From NCBI GenBank assembly GCA_951406725.2, contig OX597830.1, positions 45,074,001 through 45,138,000 of the forward strand: a stretch of DNA of 64,000 nucleotides. The letters are read 5' to 3'. The position numbers were made by a program, and so were the translations under genes. Below the pieces are notes generated by a model. It searched no databases and was not told the DNA's origin. It saw only the letters and a program-made list of their open reading frames with translations. Positions 13,131 to 27,191 of the stretch are shown piece after piece. Each line of letters begins with the position of its first letter. Positions within the stretch are counted from its first letter, which is position 1. This DNA comes from Octopus vulgaris (lineage: Eukaryota).

Positions 13131-13273
13131 CATACGCATGGTTATAAATGCAGATATATACACTCATACGCATACAGATGTATACAGTTACAGGACGTAC
13201 ACTTTCACTCACTCATGGGTATACGCGCATATACACACAGGGGTGTACACTCAGCAGTAGAGTGGCAGCTACA

Positions 13274-13316
<43 letters not shown>

Positions 13317-13796
13317 GCACACATACAGCCTCAGGAATATAAAGGCACAGTAACACACAGACTGCTATACGCATACATATGTACTAATACAAGCGTACAT
13401 CTATATACATACAGATAAATCAACATTGTTAATTATTTTCAGACGTAGGCACACACATCACGCACACGTATATTATATACACACACAAGACAGACGCTTT
13501 CGCTCGTTCAGATGCACGTATGCATACATAAATTGGAAAACATAATACAGAGGCATACAGGCAAAGCGACTTGCAGATAGACACACAGATACAAATAACC
13601 TATATTTATACTTTTGATTAAATCTTCGATAAAGATGAAAAGTCACATTGAGACGAGTCTTGCAGGCCTTCAACCTATATCTTGGTTTCATTGGAACAGT
13701 GTCACATAGAATAGTCCACAAACATTTCATACATGCGCAACCATATACGCACGTCCACACATATACACATGATATATATATATATATATATATATA

Positions 13797-14480
13797 TAGT
13801 TGAAATTTACAGAAAAACAAAAGACGAAGACAGGTGTATAAACAACAAGCAGGTGTATTGGTTTGAAAGTCTTTCACGTTTCGAGCCTACGCACTTCAAC
13901 AGAATGGAACAAGAGGAAAAAAGCAGAGAGAGAATAAAAAAAAACTTGTAGAGTTAGCGGTCAATCATGGCGACTTGTTGGACAAAGGTGGTTATACAGG
14001 AGAGCTAAGAAGAAGGGGAGATAATAAAGTACTGGTGATCCCCAAACAAAGGTGCGTGTGCGTGTGTGTATGTGAGAGTGTGTGTGCGTGTGGATAAGGG
14101 CTGGTGTGATGTGGTGTGCTGTGGGGGTCGGATGAAGAGGGGAGGAGAGTTGAGCACATGTGACGCAAAGGAGCGAAGAAAGAAGTTTAATTCTTGTTCA
14201 CGGCGAAGGCAAGAGTCCGGATGACCTCTGTGCAAAGACAATCCGAACACAGACAGGTGTTGTAATGAATGACCAGTAGAGCGGAAATGGCGTGAGACAG
14301 GGGTGTCATTGTCGAGTCTAATATCTCGGAGGTGCTCCTCGAACAGGTCAGCCAAACGGCGTCCCGTTTGCCCGATGTACAAAGGACAGAACGAGCAGGA
14401 GATGCAGTAAATGACATTGCTAGAAGTGCAAGTAAAGGAGTCAGTGATATAATAGGGACGATGATGGCCGAGCATTATCC
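13797..14480 (-). mobile_element. Penelope-like element 3' fragment: GIY-YIG endonuclease plus pseudo-LTR
   Basis: ORF 14005-14475 has FTCTSSNVIYCISC..LYIGQTGRRL..FEEH..PVSRHF..RREQ. The downstream repeat carries a hammerhead-like motif (13871-13904) shared with 59410-59726. Confidence 0.85.
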
Positions 14481-14744
14481 TGATGGAAGAAGACCTTTCA
14501 TCTTGAAACCGAAGATGGTTGTTTTTCTTCTAGCGCTGACTTATCTAAGCTGCTCAAGCTGCTCGCAGTAGTTCTCCTTTATTATCGTTTGGCTTGGGTT
14601 TAAATGTTCAAAGTAGACTAAAGCTTTCATATCCCATCAAACAGATAACATCTTTCGTGGGTGAAGACCTTCTTTAACCTAGGGTGCCGGTGTTTCTTCT
14701 TTCCCTACCAACTGTCTTCAGAGCTTGACATTTTTATAGAGAAT

Positions 14745-15366
14745 TCATTTCTCGTCACCAGTCACTATTGCTCATTCGTGAGATGTGACAGCAAAGAAGA
14801 GTACACATTCACTCTCTACGCGCGATTAGACTCGGACAGTTTGTGAGGAACACATCGACCCAATTTGTTGACTTTTCCGATGGCACGCAGGTGTCGCTGA
14901 ATGGTTGAATAACCAAATCCAAGCTTTTCTGCTAGTTCATCAGCAACAACGATGGGATTTTGTTCCACCAGAGTTTTCAGGATGTCCTCGTCGAGGTCTA
15001 CAGATCTTCCAGAACGCAGCTCGTCTTCTAGGCTGTAGTTTCCGGCTCGCAATTTCTGGAACTGGTTCCGCTTATTGTCCGATCTCTATATACTGCATTA
15101 ATATTCCTCGCACATTCTGTTCCGTTGTTGCCTTTACTGAACTCATAAAGCAAAATATGCTGAATATGCTCTTTGTCACTTCCATTATAGCTTTTCAAAA
15201 AGTAACTGTTAAAATCGAACTGAACTCTTCAAAACTTGCGCTAAGAACGACAAAGTACAATTACTACCTGCTTTTATAGCAAGTTGATGCAGGTAGTTTA
15301 TCCCATCCCTCTCCAACTTTTAGTTCATGCAATTGAAAAACCGCACTATTTATGGGATAACCCAAT
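14745..15366 (-). mobile_element. Mariner-type DNA transposon, 5' part
   Basis: HTH region (EDELRSGRSVDLDED...LAEKLGFGYSTIQRHLRAIGK..KLGRCVPHKL) and TIR-like ttgggttatcccataaat next to TA at ~15366. Confidence 0.8.
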
Positions 15367-15376
15367 ATATATATAA

Positions 15377-15431
<55 letters not shown>

Positions 15432-15567
15432 TATATACATATATATATACATATATATATACATATATATATATATACATATATATATATACATATATAT
15501 ATACATATATATATATACATATATATATATATACATATATACATATATATATATACATATATATACA

Positions 15568-15608
<41 letters not shown>

Positions 15609-15616
15609 ATATATAC

Positions 15617-15654
<38 letters not shown>

Positions 15655-15766
15655 GTATATATATTCATATATATATAAATATATACATATGTATATATAT
15701 ATACATATATATATACATATATATACATATGTATATATATATACATATACATACATATATATATAA

Positions 15767-15799
<33 letters not shown>

Positions 15800-15829
15800 G
15801 ATATATATACATACATATATATATATACA

Positions 15830-15867
<38 letters not shown>

Positions 15868-15985
15868 CATATATATATATACATACATATATATATATAC
15901 ATACATATATATATACATACAAACATATATATATACATACATATATATATATACATACAGATATATATATATATATACATACATA

Positions 15986-16089
<104 letters not shown>

Positions 16090-16140
16090 TATATACATAC
16101 ACACATATGTATATATACATACATACATATATATATACAT

Positions 16141-16171
<31 letters not shown>

Positions 16172-16173
<2 letters not shown>

Positions 16174-16570
16174 CTCTTTACTCTTACTTGTTTCAGTCAT
16201 TTGACTGGGGCCATGCTGGAGCACCGCCTTTAATCGAGCAACTCGACCCCGGGACTTATTCTTTTTGTAAGCCCAGTATTTATTCTATCGGTCTCTTTTG
16301 CCGAACCGCTAAGTAACGGGGACATAAACACACCAGCATCGGTTGTCAAGCGATGTTGGGGGACACAGACACACAAACACTTACATATATATATACATAT
16401 ATACATATATACGACGGGCTTCTTTTCAGTTTCCGTCTACCAAATCCACTCACAAGGCTTTGGTCGGCCCGGGGCTATAGCAGAAGACACTTGCCCAAGA
16501 TGCCACGCAGTGGGATTGAACCCGGAACCATGTGGTTGGTTAGCAAGCTACTTTCCACACAGCCACTCCT
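16172..16570 (-). mobile_element. tRNA-derived SINE family B (copy 1 of 3)
   Basis: Head gcaggagtggctgtgtgg...gggttcaatccc; tail ggcggtgctccagcatggcc...tgaaacaagtaagagtaa. Confidence 0.85.
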
Positions 16571-16578
16571 GCATACAT

Positions 16579-16619
<41 letters not shown>

Positions 16620-16638
16620 CATACACACACACACACAC

Positions 16639-16675
<37 letters not shown>

Positions 16676-16879
16676 TATATACATATATATATACATATAT
16701 ATATACATATATATATATACATATATACATATATATATATACATATATACATATATATATATATACATATATACATATATATATATACATATATATACAT
16801 ATACATATATATATATATATATATATACATTTATATATATACATATACATATATATATATATATACACATGTATATATA

Positions 16880-16922
<43 letters not shown>

Positions 16923-17098
16923 TCATATATATATATATACATATGTATATATATATATACATATATATATACATATATATACATATATATATATATATAC
17001 ATATATATATACATATACATACATATATATATAAACATACATATATATATATATATACATAGATATATATACATACATATATATATATACATATATAT

Positions 17099-17131
<33 letters not shown>

Positions 17132-17152
17132 ATACATATATATAAACATACA

Positions 17153-17242
<90 letters not shown>

Positions 17243-17329
17243 CATATATATATACATACACACATATGTATATATACATACATACATATATATATATACA
17301 TACACACACACACACACACATATATATAT

Positions 17330-17728
17330 ACTCTTTACTCTTACTTGTTTCAGTCATTTGACTGGTGCCATGCTGGAGCACCGCCTTTAATCGAGCAACT
17401 CGATTCCGGGACTTATTCTTTTTGTAAGCCCAGTATTTATTCTATCGGTCTCTTTTGCCGAACCGCTAAGTAACGGGGACATAAACACACCAGCATCGGT
17501 TGTCAAGCGATGTTGGGGGACACAGACACACAAACACATACATATATATATACATATATACATATATACGACGGGCTTCTTTTCAGTTTCCGTCTACCAA
17601 ATCCACTCACAAGGCTTTGGTCGGCCCGGGGCTATAGCAGAAGACACTTGCCCAAGATGCCACGCAGTGGGATTGAACCCGGAACCATGTGGTTGGTTAG
17701 CAAGCTACTTTCCACACAGCCACTCCTG
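17330..17728 (-). mobile_element. SINE family B (copy 2 of 3)
   Basis: Near-identical to 16172-16570. Confidence 0.85.
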
Positions 17729-17735
17729 CATACAT

Positions 17736-17772
<37 letters not shown>

Positions 17773-17775
17773 CAT

Positions 17776-17816
<41 letters not shown>

Positions 17817-17925
17817 CATATATACATATATATATACATATATATATACATATATACATATATATATACATATATACATATATATATATATACATATATA
17901 CATATATATATATACATATATATAC

Positions 17926-17965
<40 letters not shown>

Positions 17966-17973
17966 ATATATAC

Positions 17974-18015
<42 letters not shown>

Positions 18016-18215
18016 GTATATATATTCATATATATATATATATATATATATACACATGTATATATATTCATATATATATATACATATGTATATATATATA
18101 TACATATATATATATACATATATATACATATGTATATATATATACATATATATATACATATACATACATATATATATAAACATACATATATATATATATA
18201 TACATAGATATATAT

Positions 18216-18619
18216 TCCATCAGCATTGCCCAAATGATGTTGGCATCACCTTTAAGGTACATCCAAGGCTTGGGCCCCGTGCCATCCGCCCAAAACAAAA
18301 ATCGCACTCTCATCTCATAACAACAATACGGCACAATTATTTCACCTCAATTGGCCCCGCTCTCTTTAACATTACACCAAAACACATTAAAACAGAAACT
18401 GACCCTATAGGGTTCAAGAAGTCTTTGGACAGATTCCTTCAAGAAATCCCGGATAAACCCCCTACACCCGGATATGTCTCTGTAAACAATAACTCTCTAC
18501 TTGAGTGGGCCATAGTGCCCAAATTCTGACTTGAAAGACTTCACCAGGTGGTGCTATTAAGTTAGACATGGCCTGGGCCAATAATGGCCGAAACCTATCA
18601 AAGTATCAAAGTATCAAAG
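18216..18619 (+). mobile_element. CR1-group LINE 3' fragment with (AAGTATCA)n tail
   Basis: ...[13 protein letters not shown]...[19 protein letters not shown]; inserted in (TA)n. Related copy on the minus strand at ~44945-45160. Confidence 0.8.
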
Positions 18620-18647
18620 TATATATACATACATATATATATATACA

Positions 18648-18685
<38 letters not shown>

Positions 18686-18767
18686 CATATATATATATAC
18701 ATACATATATATATATACATACATATATATAAACATACAAACATATATATATATATATATACACATG

Positions 18768-18821
<54 letters not shown>

Positions 18822-18880
18822 CATATATATATACATACACACATATGTATATATACATACATACATATATATATATACAT

Positions 18881-18911
<31 letters not shown>

Positions 18912-19310
18912 CTCTTTACTCTTACTTGTTTCAGTCATTTGACTGGGGCCATGCTGGAGCACCGCCTTTAATCGAGCAACTCGACCCCGGGACTTATTCT
19001 TTTTGTAAGCCCAGTATTTATTCTATCGGTCTCTTTTGCCGAACCGCTAAGTAACGGGGACATAAACACACCAGCATCGGCTGTCAAGCGATGTTGGGGG
19101 ACACAGACACACAAACACATACATATATATATACATATATACATATATACGACGGGCTTCTTTTCAGTTTCCGTCTACCAAATCCACTCACAAGGCTTTG
19201 GTCGGCCCGGGGCTATAGCAGAAGACACTTGCCCAAGATGCCACGCAGTGGGATTGAACCCGGAACCATGTGGTTGGTTAGCAAGCTACTTTCCACACAG
19301 CCACTCCTGC
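18912..19310 (-). mobile_element. SINE family B (copy 3 of 3)
   Basis: Near-identical to 16172-16570. Confidence 0.85.
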
Positions 19311-19312
19311 AT

Positions 19313-19455
<143 letters not shown>

Positions 19456-19689
19456 CAAATACATACATATATATTGTATTTTAAAAACTTCTTTTTATAT
19501 TCCAATTTTTATATTCCTTTTCAAATTTAAAAAAAATCTTTTCATTTATTTTAAATATTTGTTATATTTTCAAATTCTAAACATATATATATCATTTTTG
19601 TATTTGTATACACACACACAAGTGCGCGCACACACACACTCACACACATAATAGATAGGGAGGACAGAGTGTACTATAAGCTTTAATCA

Positions 19690-19786
19690 GCACGACGATC
19701 GTTTCGGCTTACATCTGCTACTGTATGGGGAACGATATAATGGAATCAAATGCATCTCACGGTGCAGTGGAAACCTCATCAGGTTA
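19690..19786 (-). ncRNA. Hammerhead ribozyme-like motif (minimal type I, long stem II)
   Basis: CTGATGA (19782-19776), ggttt...aagcc, GAAA, cgatcg, TC. Stem I is poor. Confidence 0.55.
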
Positions 19787-20019
19787 TATAATATGTTACA
19801 GTGTTATAATATGCGCATTACGCTACTGTGTGTGGCAAGATGGTGTTTGTATGATGCGTGCATTTATAGTAGTTCGCAAATCAAATTAATGAGGCAAGAT
19901 GTTTAGTATGTATTCGAGGAGTGGTAGGCAAAGAATCAAATACAAAGAATAAATTGGCAAGTCAGAATGGCTTTTGAATGAAAAGCATTCCAAAGGTTGT
20001 GGAGTTCTTTGATTGTTGG

Positions 20020-20112
<93 letters not shown>

Positions 20113-20119
20113 TATATAT

Positions 20120-20357
20120 GAGGTAAATTCAGAAAAAAGTGTAGGTCAATCAACAAATTCCAGACGCAAAATTTTAAACATAATCTTAAAAATACACCTA
20201 CATTAATACAATTTAATACAGATCAATAGATTTATTCATATAGATCTATTGATTTGTATTAAATTGTATTAATGTAGGTGCATTTTTAAGAGTATATTTA
20301 AAATTTTGCGTCTGGGAATTTGTTGATCGACTTTTACTTTGTTTCTGAATTTACCTC
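20120..20357. repeat. ~240-bp fold-back inverted repeat
   Basis: gaggtaaattcagaaa...cagacgcaaaatttt...atagat versus its reverse complement ending gaatttacctc; loop near 20236-20239. Confidence 0.9.
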
Positions 20358-20407
20358 TTTACTTATCGTTCGTCTCGGATACTCCGAGCTCTCAGTTGCA
20401 GCCCATA

Positions 20408-20443
<36 letters not shown>

Positions 20444-20444
<1 letters not shown>

Positions 20445-21915
20445 TAGCAGTATAGCCCGGCGTCGCCCGGGATTAAGTTAGGATTATTAAGCTAATCGCT
20501 TTTTTTCAAACTAAACTAAATAACACCGACGTCAAATTTGAACGAAATCCGTTGAAATTGGTAAACGTTTGGCTGAAAATGGGTTGCCGACAATGTAATT
20601 GGGAAATCCCATAAGGAATCCGTTTATCGATTTTTCCACTCATCGATTGTTTATTTTATTTTATTTATTTATTTGGAGAACTTAAAGCATTCAAAGATCC
20701 CATGAATCCTAAGTAACGCCGGCGTCAAGTTTGAACAAAATACATCAACATTGGTAAAAGTTATGGTTGAAAATGGGGTGTAGTCAATTTTAGTGAGAAA
20801 TCCTATAAGGAATCGGTTTATCGATTTTTCATCTTGATTGAATGGAAAACCCCATAAGGAATTAGTTCGATTTTTCATCCCAAATAGGACTTAACCGAAC
20901 ACAACATTGCTGATTCAAAAAAATCTATATTTATACTTTAAAGTTGGTATTCACACCCAACACAGTTCTGCAGAATCAGTGCTGCGACGGGAACGCATCG
21001 GTTGGGAGTTTGACCGGCAGAAGTGATAAGGTTGCACATGTTGGCCCTTTCGAAACCACCACCCCATCATCTAACTCCCCTTGGCTCATGGGATGGGAGC
21101 CTTTCCAGCAAGGAAAATAGAACGCTTAAAAGGGCTCCCGATCCTCTGTATCAAAAGAGGTTATGCTCAGATCACAACTAAGACTTAACCTAAGCCTAAG
21201 CTAACCTAACGAAAGGGGGATCAGGAGCCTCTGAAAGGCAGCGACTAATCCCGATCTAGACCTAACCAGTCCTAGGGGTACTATCGGTCAAAGCTGGAAT
21301 AAAGCAGCAAATGTATACGAAAACAAGGACGGAAAAAACGGAGGGGGCTGGCCAGATTGGAACAATCTCGAGTATAACCAGCCGAAATTGCAAAGATAAT
21401 CTGGAACTCGACTGAGAAAAGAAAACTTTCCGAGGCTTCAGCTTCACCTCACCACGTTTTTCGGACCCCAAAAAGGGTTTTGTAGCATATTAGGGGGTCA
21501 CAGAAATTCATTCAACGAAAAAAAAATCCAATGATTCCGGGATGGGTGTCCCCCCTCACCCTACCCCTCCCTTTTTCCGAACCAAAATAAGGGATTTGCA
21601 GCATATTAGGAGTTCAGGGTACTTGATTCCACGCAAAAAATCCGAGTTTTTTCCTTTGGCTTAGTGAAAATCGTGCGGGTGTTAATCTAAAAATTTACCC
21701 TTTGTTTTTCTTTCTCGCCATTGCTAGACAGGTGACTTAACTCATATAGCAAACTTACGGATTTCACCGACGTGGAAATTGGTAAAAGTTATGGTTGAAA
21801 ATCGATTTTTACCACTATCCGCGGGTGACTCGGGGAACAGCCATGATCGTGACCAATGTCCTAAAATTGGAGCGACAAGCGTGCTAATTTGTGGACGTGC
21901 ATAAATTACATTCAA
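20444..21915 (-). mobile_element. Helitron-like non-autonomous element with internal subrepeats
   Basis: 3' end cccgggcgacgccgggctatactgCTAG at 20444-20471; internal ggtaaaagttatggttgaaaat repeats. 5' boundary uncertain. Confidence 0.55.
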
Positions 21916-21951
<36 letters not shown>

Positions 21952-21952
<1 letters not shown>

Positions 21953-23500
21953 TATTTTGAAATGTTCATAAAGTTCAATTAGTGCTTTCATACGTTCGTA
22001 GTAATCATCAGATTACAAAATGTATTTAACTGACCGTTGAGTTCTTGACAACTGTAGTAAAATCATTGACTTCTTCCCCTTTTATACCTTTTAGAAGGCT
22101 CCAGCAAGCTGAATTTCTGAAATACGGTTTCGATAAATCAGCATGCATCTTAAAAGTCACAGTTTGCCGGATGCACCGTATTACTGGACACCAAGAAGCA
22201 CGGATCTCTCTTTCTGCTTGCCTACGCCAGGACAGCATGCAAGAGCTTCACTGAAATGTTCCGACTACTGCTATTTTTCTCTGACCACATGTTCAACAAT
22301 GTATACTCGTTATTTGCAAAATATTTTGCTTAAGTAGTGTTAACTACAGTAATTTCTATGAAATCTTCATATGAGTACTGTATATATTCGACTGAGACAC
22401 TACAGCTCGTTGCTTCCACTCACAACAATAAAAATGTGTTAATGTTAAATGATGTCCCATTTCCTTAATGCATCCTTCACATAAGAATTTGTACTAACAT
22501 TTTCTTATTTACACCCTACCACTAAAAAGTGGTTGATCCCGACGAAAGATATTTCTGCCTTCTGATGGAAACCATCATTTACTCAACTACACCCACGAGG
22601 TCGACTACGCTGATGATATTTTTGCCTTCGGAGGTGAAACACAGCATTTAGCTTTGGTGGCCCTAGTATTCATACGATGTTCGGAATTCTTTCTTTTCCA
22701 CGTGCCTCATTGCCTCCACATACAAAAATTCTTTCCGAAAGGTTTTTTTTTTAAATTAGCAGTATAGAGATGGTCTTCGAATCATTTCCAATTTTTTCTC
22801 TCTTGACTTATTGTTTGGTCTGTTTGAACAGTCCAGTTTTGGGCGCCTGCATTCGTTCTGTTTCCTGTTCACGGTGACAGTATTTTAATCGGAATTTTTT
22901 ACAGTTTTTCAGCAAGGTGAACCCTTCTACCTTACCTGTGTTTACTGGAGACGTTAAGCTGTGGTTTGTTCCGGTCAAATCTCATTTTCTCGCCGCCAGT
23001 ATTCAATCAACCCAACAGCAACTCCATATTATATTTGCCAAAACATATAGACCTGACTTCACTCGAGTTTAAATTTCCCGCTTGCCGCCATTTGGACACC
23101 ACCCCGATTTTTATCAATGATGCAACCTCTACCATTTTGCTTCGACACCCACTCCATCTTTTGGATTTCATCAATTGGATCAACTCACTGCTTCGACTTA
23201 CTGAGTTTTTACAGCCCTGTGATGCCAGCTCATTTACACCAGCTCGACTCTGCTTTCTTTTACGGCACTGAACTGCACTCGCAGTTCAGTGCCGTAACAT
23301 CTAAGATGCATGTTGATTGGTCAAAACTGCATTCCAAAAGTTTTGCTTGTTGGAGCCTTCTATTAGGTATAAGGGGAAAAAGTCAGTGATTTTACTACAG
23401 TTGTCAAGAACTCAGCTGTCAGTTAAATACATTTTGAAATCTGATGATTACTACGAACGTATGAAAGCGGTAATTGAATTTTATGAACATTACAAAATAT
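21952..23500. mobile_element. 1.55-kb element with ~210-bp terminal inverted repeats, each containing a hammerhead core
   Basis: Arms ~21952-22161 and ~23292-23500. CTGATGA-ttac..gtat-GAAAgc..TA at 23441-23472 (+) and with CTGATGA at 22011-22005 (-). Confidence 0.75.
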
Positions 23501-23858
23501 TATGTTAATGTTTAACACATTCAACATTCTAAAATTTTTTTTTAAATACATTGATAAAAAATATGAAAACCAGACCATGTTGTAACTGTATTCAACTGAT
23601 ATAAATATGTGTGTGTGTGTTGTTAATTAAACGTCCTTTGAAAACAAGGTGTATTAGATGAAAAATGATCTAGTATATGAAATATGTCTAAAATCTTAAA
23701 AGAAATTTAGAGATTCCTGAGAGCGATTTTAAATTAGAGAGTAAAATAGTGGAATAGTTATATCTTAAAAATCATGATAAAGATAAGGATATAATATTAG
23801 CAATATCGTATTAATAAAGTAAAGCTATGATTATTAAAAAGTTTTGAAATGTTTAAAA

Positions 23859-23949
23859 GATCTTACGATCGTTTCGTGAATATACTTCCTCTTAAAATGA
23901 AATCTAAAGTTAAACATCGTTGGGAAGTATATCCACTCGTCAGAGAATC
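23859..23949 (-). ncRNA. Hammerhead ribozyme (type I, 14-bp stem II, palindromic stem III)
   Basis: tct-CTGACGA-GTGGATATACTTCC...GGAAGTATATTCAC-GAAA-CGATCG-TA-aga. Confidence 0.75.
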
Positions 23950-24244
23950 GAGTCGAAAGGAAGAATTTCGCTGTAGGAAATCAAATGAACAAAATGCTGT
24001 TTAAACTGAATGAGGAAAATGTTGTGTAAAAAAATTACTGGTATTCATATATATGTGTTGGTATAAAACTGAGCAAAAACTTTAAAAAAGTAGAATAAAT
24101 CCATGGTAAAAATCCGTGAAAGCTGTATAAAGATAGAATTCCTATGATCCATTTCTGTAATCCCTATGTTTCAGCTTGTGCACCGTTACTAGTGCATGAC
24201 ATTAAGGTGACATACAGTAACCACGTTATAAAACATATATATGC

Positions 24245-25590
24245 ATGTAAAATCGGAGGCAGCGATGATTGATTACATCAATATAAAGGAAGACGATGTA
24301 ATAAAGGCTATTGATGAAATGAAAACAAACTCAGCTACTGGCCCAGATGAATTCCCAGCAATCCTTCTAAAAGTATGTAAGAGAGTCCTAGCAAGACCAC
24401 TGCAGTTCCTCTTTCAGAGCTTCCTTGCAACTGGCAAACTTCCAAGAAAACTGAAGGATAGAAGTCAGGTGGTAGTAGCCAATGGGGCCACTTCCATTAA
24501 CACGCAAATAGTGAGCGGTGTTCCGCAAGGCACTGTTCTGGGACCACTACTGTTCATAATGGCCCTCTCAGACATGCCCTCAGCCACACAGAGAGCCACG
24601 ATCACAAGTTATGCAGATGATACAAAAGTTTCACAGGCAATACAGAACCCTGGAGACATTAAGCACCTGCAATGGGAGCTGGACAAAATATACAAGTGGG
24701 CTGAAAAGAATAGCACGCAGTTCAATGCTGAAAAATTTCAAGCTTTATACTATCAGCATGCAAAACTAAATGCAACACCCAATAAATACACTGGACCTGG
24801 AGGGACTGCAATCCCAGAGGCACAATCAGTGCGAGACCTGGGTATTTACATGAGTGATGATGTAACCTTTCATGTGCATGTTGCTAAATTGGCAATGAAA
24901 TGTAGGCGGCTGACCGGATGGATTCTTAGAACATTTAGAACAAGAGACCAGGAAACCATGAAGGTCCTCTGGAGGACACTTGTCCTAAGCCACTTTGACT
25001 ATTCCTCTCAGCTATGGTCACCATCCAGTGTCAAGTTAATCACAGAACTTGAGGCGATCAAACGAAGTTACACGAAGAAGATAGCCTCTGTGCAGCATAT
25101 AAGCTATTGGGAAAGACTCAAGAGATTGAGACTCTATTCCTTAGAGCGTAGGCGAGAAAGATATGCCATAATACACATCTGGAAGATCCTAGAAGGACTT
25201 GTCCCAAACTTTGGCATCGAGAGTTACACAAATGCCAGAACTGGGCGCCACTGCATAGTGCCAAGGACTCCAAATTTGCCATCAAGATATAGGACAAGAT
25301 ACTGTGATAGCCTGGGCTTCAGAGGCCCACAGCTCTTCAGTATCCCCCCGAAGAACCTGAGAGACATGCATGGGGTAGACGCAGATGTCTTTAAAATGAA
25401 ACTGGATCTCTTCTTGTCAGGTATCCCAGATGAACCAACTTTACGGCAGGAGGTGCAGATGAGGGCAGCTGCATCGAACTCTCATGCACCAAATGGCAAT
25501 TGCTAAAAAGCACTCGTGAAGTAAAATCATGTAGCAACACCAAATGGCGGTGCCCCAGCATGGCCACAGCTTGTGAGCTGAAACTAGATA
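24245..25590 (+). mobile_element. CR1-group LINE, 5'-truncated and internally deleted RT
   Basis: [40 protein letters not shown]; 3' stem-loop ggcggtgccccagcatggccacagc. Confidence 0.9.
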
Positions 25591-26083
25591 AATAAAAAAA
25601 TAAATAAATAATGTGTGTGTGTGTTTCTGTGTGTGGCTCGTGTGAGTGATCGTTGCTTCTTCTGATATTATAATTAACATCATTTTAATTAACATAGTTG
25701 CACTGTAATTTTAAATCTCAAATTTTGTTGGTTGCCACTGGATGAGAAATCCTGGACTAAAATTAATCATAATGTTAAGATGATAGACGTGCAGAAAGAG
25801 ATTCGTCTTATGCCTTGGAATCAATAATATCTCATATAACAAAGAAACACAGATATCATAATTCGTTGAGAATATTGCACAGCAGTTTGCCTACGATCAT
25901 ATATATATATGTGTGTGTGTTGGTGTGTGTATGTATATATCTTTAATCAATATTTTCCTTTTTTTATTTTTACTAAAGACACACGATAAGGTTTATGTTA
26001 TTAAATGTCTAACACGGATGAACGAATAAACTGGGAGATAGCTGCATTATAATGAAGTGATGCTGGCTGGATATTGAGTAGTT

Positions 26084-26146
<63 letters not shown>

Positions 26147-26689
26147 ATAAGAATTTTGATTTGTAATGTGAATAGTAATAAGAATTTAGAAGAAACTTGA
26201 TTGCATACCACGAATATGATAACCTGACCCTAGACACACTGTCTGAAGAGCAATAAAAACGGATCGAAACAGTTGGAATGTCTTATGATCATAAATTTAC
26301 TTGGTCATCAATAACAAAAATGATTAGTACTCTGGTTAAAAGATTCCCACTCAATGTTATTTATAGAAAGATGTATATCAGCAAATATATATGTAGAATG
26401 TATGTACATATATATTAGTACATAGGTAATCGTTTTTATTTAGTATATTTTCATTTGTCTTGCTTATTTTTACACTTTGGTTTTTTGCTGAGTTTTTCCT
26501 TGAGAACATATTCTTCCTGGAAAATAGTGATTTTAACGTCTATATCTAGCATATTGGCTATCCACTTTTAGTGGTCAATCATCTAAATTTCGTATGTAAA
26601 AAATATTTTTACTCTTCGGATCTTTTTAAAATATGCTAGGCCACTGGTTTTAATTGATTAATATCAATTTCTACCCTTATTCAATTTTA

Positions 26690-27036
26690 CATGAGTGATG
26701 ATGTAACCTTTCATGTGCATGTTGCTAAATTGGCAATGAAATGTAGGCGGCTGACTGGATGGATTCTTAGAACCTTTAGAGCAAGAGACCAGGAAACCAT
26801 GAAGGTCCTCTGGAGGACACTTGTCCTAAGCCACTTTGACTATTGCTCTCAGCTATGGTCACCATCCAGTGTCAAGTTAATCACAGAACTTGAGGCGATC
26901 CAACGAAGCTACACGAAGAAGATAGCCTCTGTGCAGCATATAAGCTACTGGGAAAGACTCAAGAGATTGAGACTCTATTCCTTAGAGCGTAGGCGAGAAA
27001 GATATGCCATAATATACATCTGGAAGATCCTAGAAG
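26690..27036 (+). mobile_element. Fragment of the same CR1-group LINE
   Basis: Near-identical to 24849-25195. Confidence 0.9.
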
Positions 27037-27191
27037 TGTGGAATAGTTTGGTACGTGTACTTCTGCGTCCTCTATATCAGAGCTGAGGTGAGTTTCCACG
27101 AGTGCTATGCATAGGGCTTCATTACATGCAGTAAGATCTCTCAGAAAAGAAATTTTGTTTTTATTTTGATGGAACAGGCCTCAAATTAATT

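Noticed and set aside
26243-26276. CTGAAGAG...CGAAAC hammerhead-like motif (similar traces at ~33530, ~37205-37235 and ~45457-45485)
   Set aside because: Stems or core are too decayed to support a call by eye.
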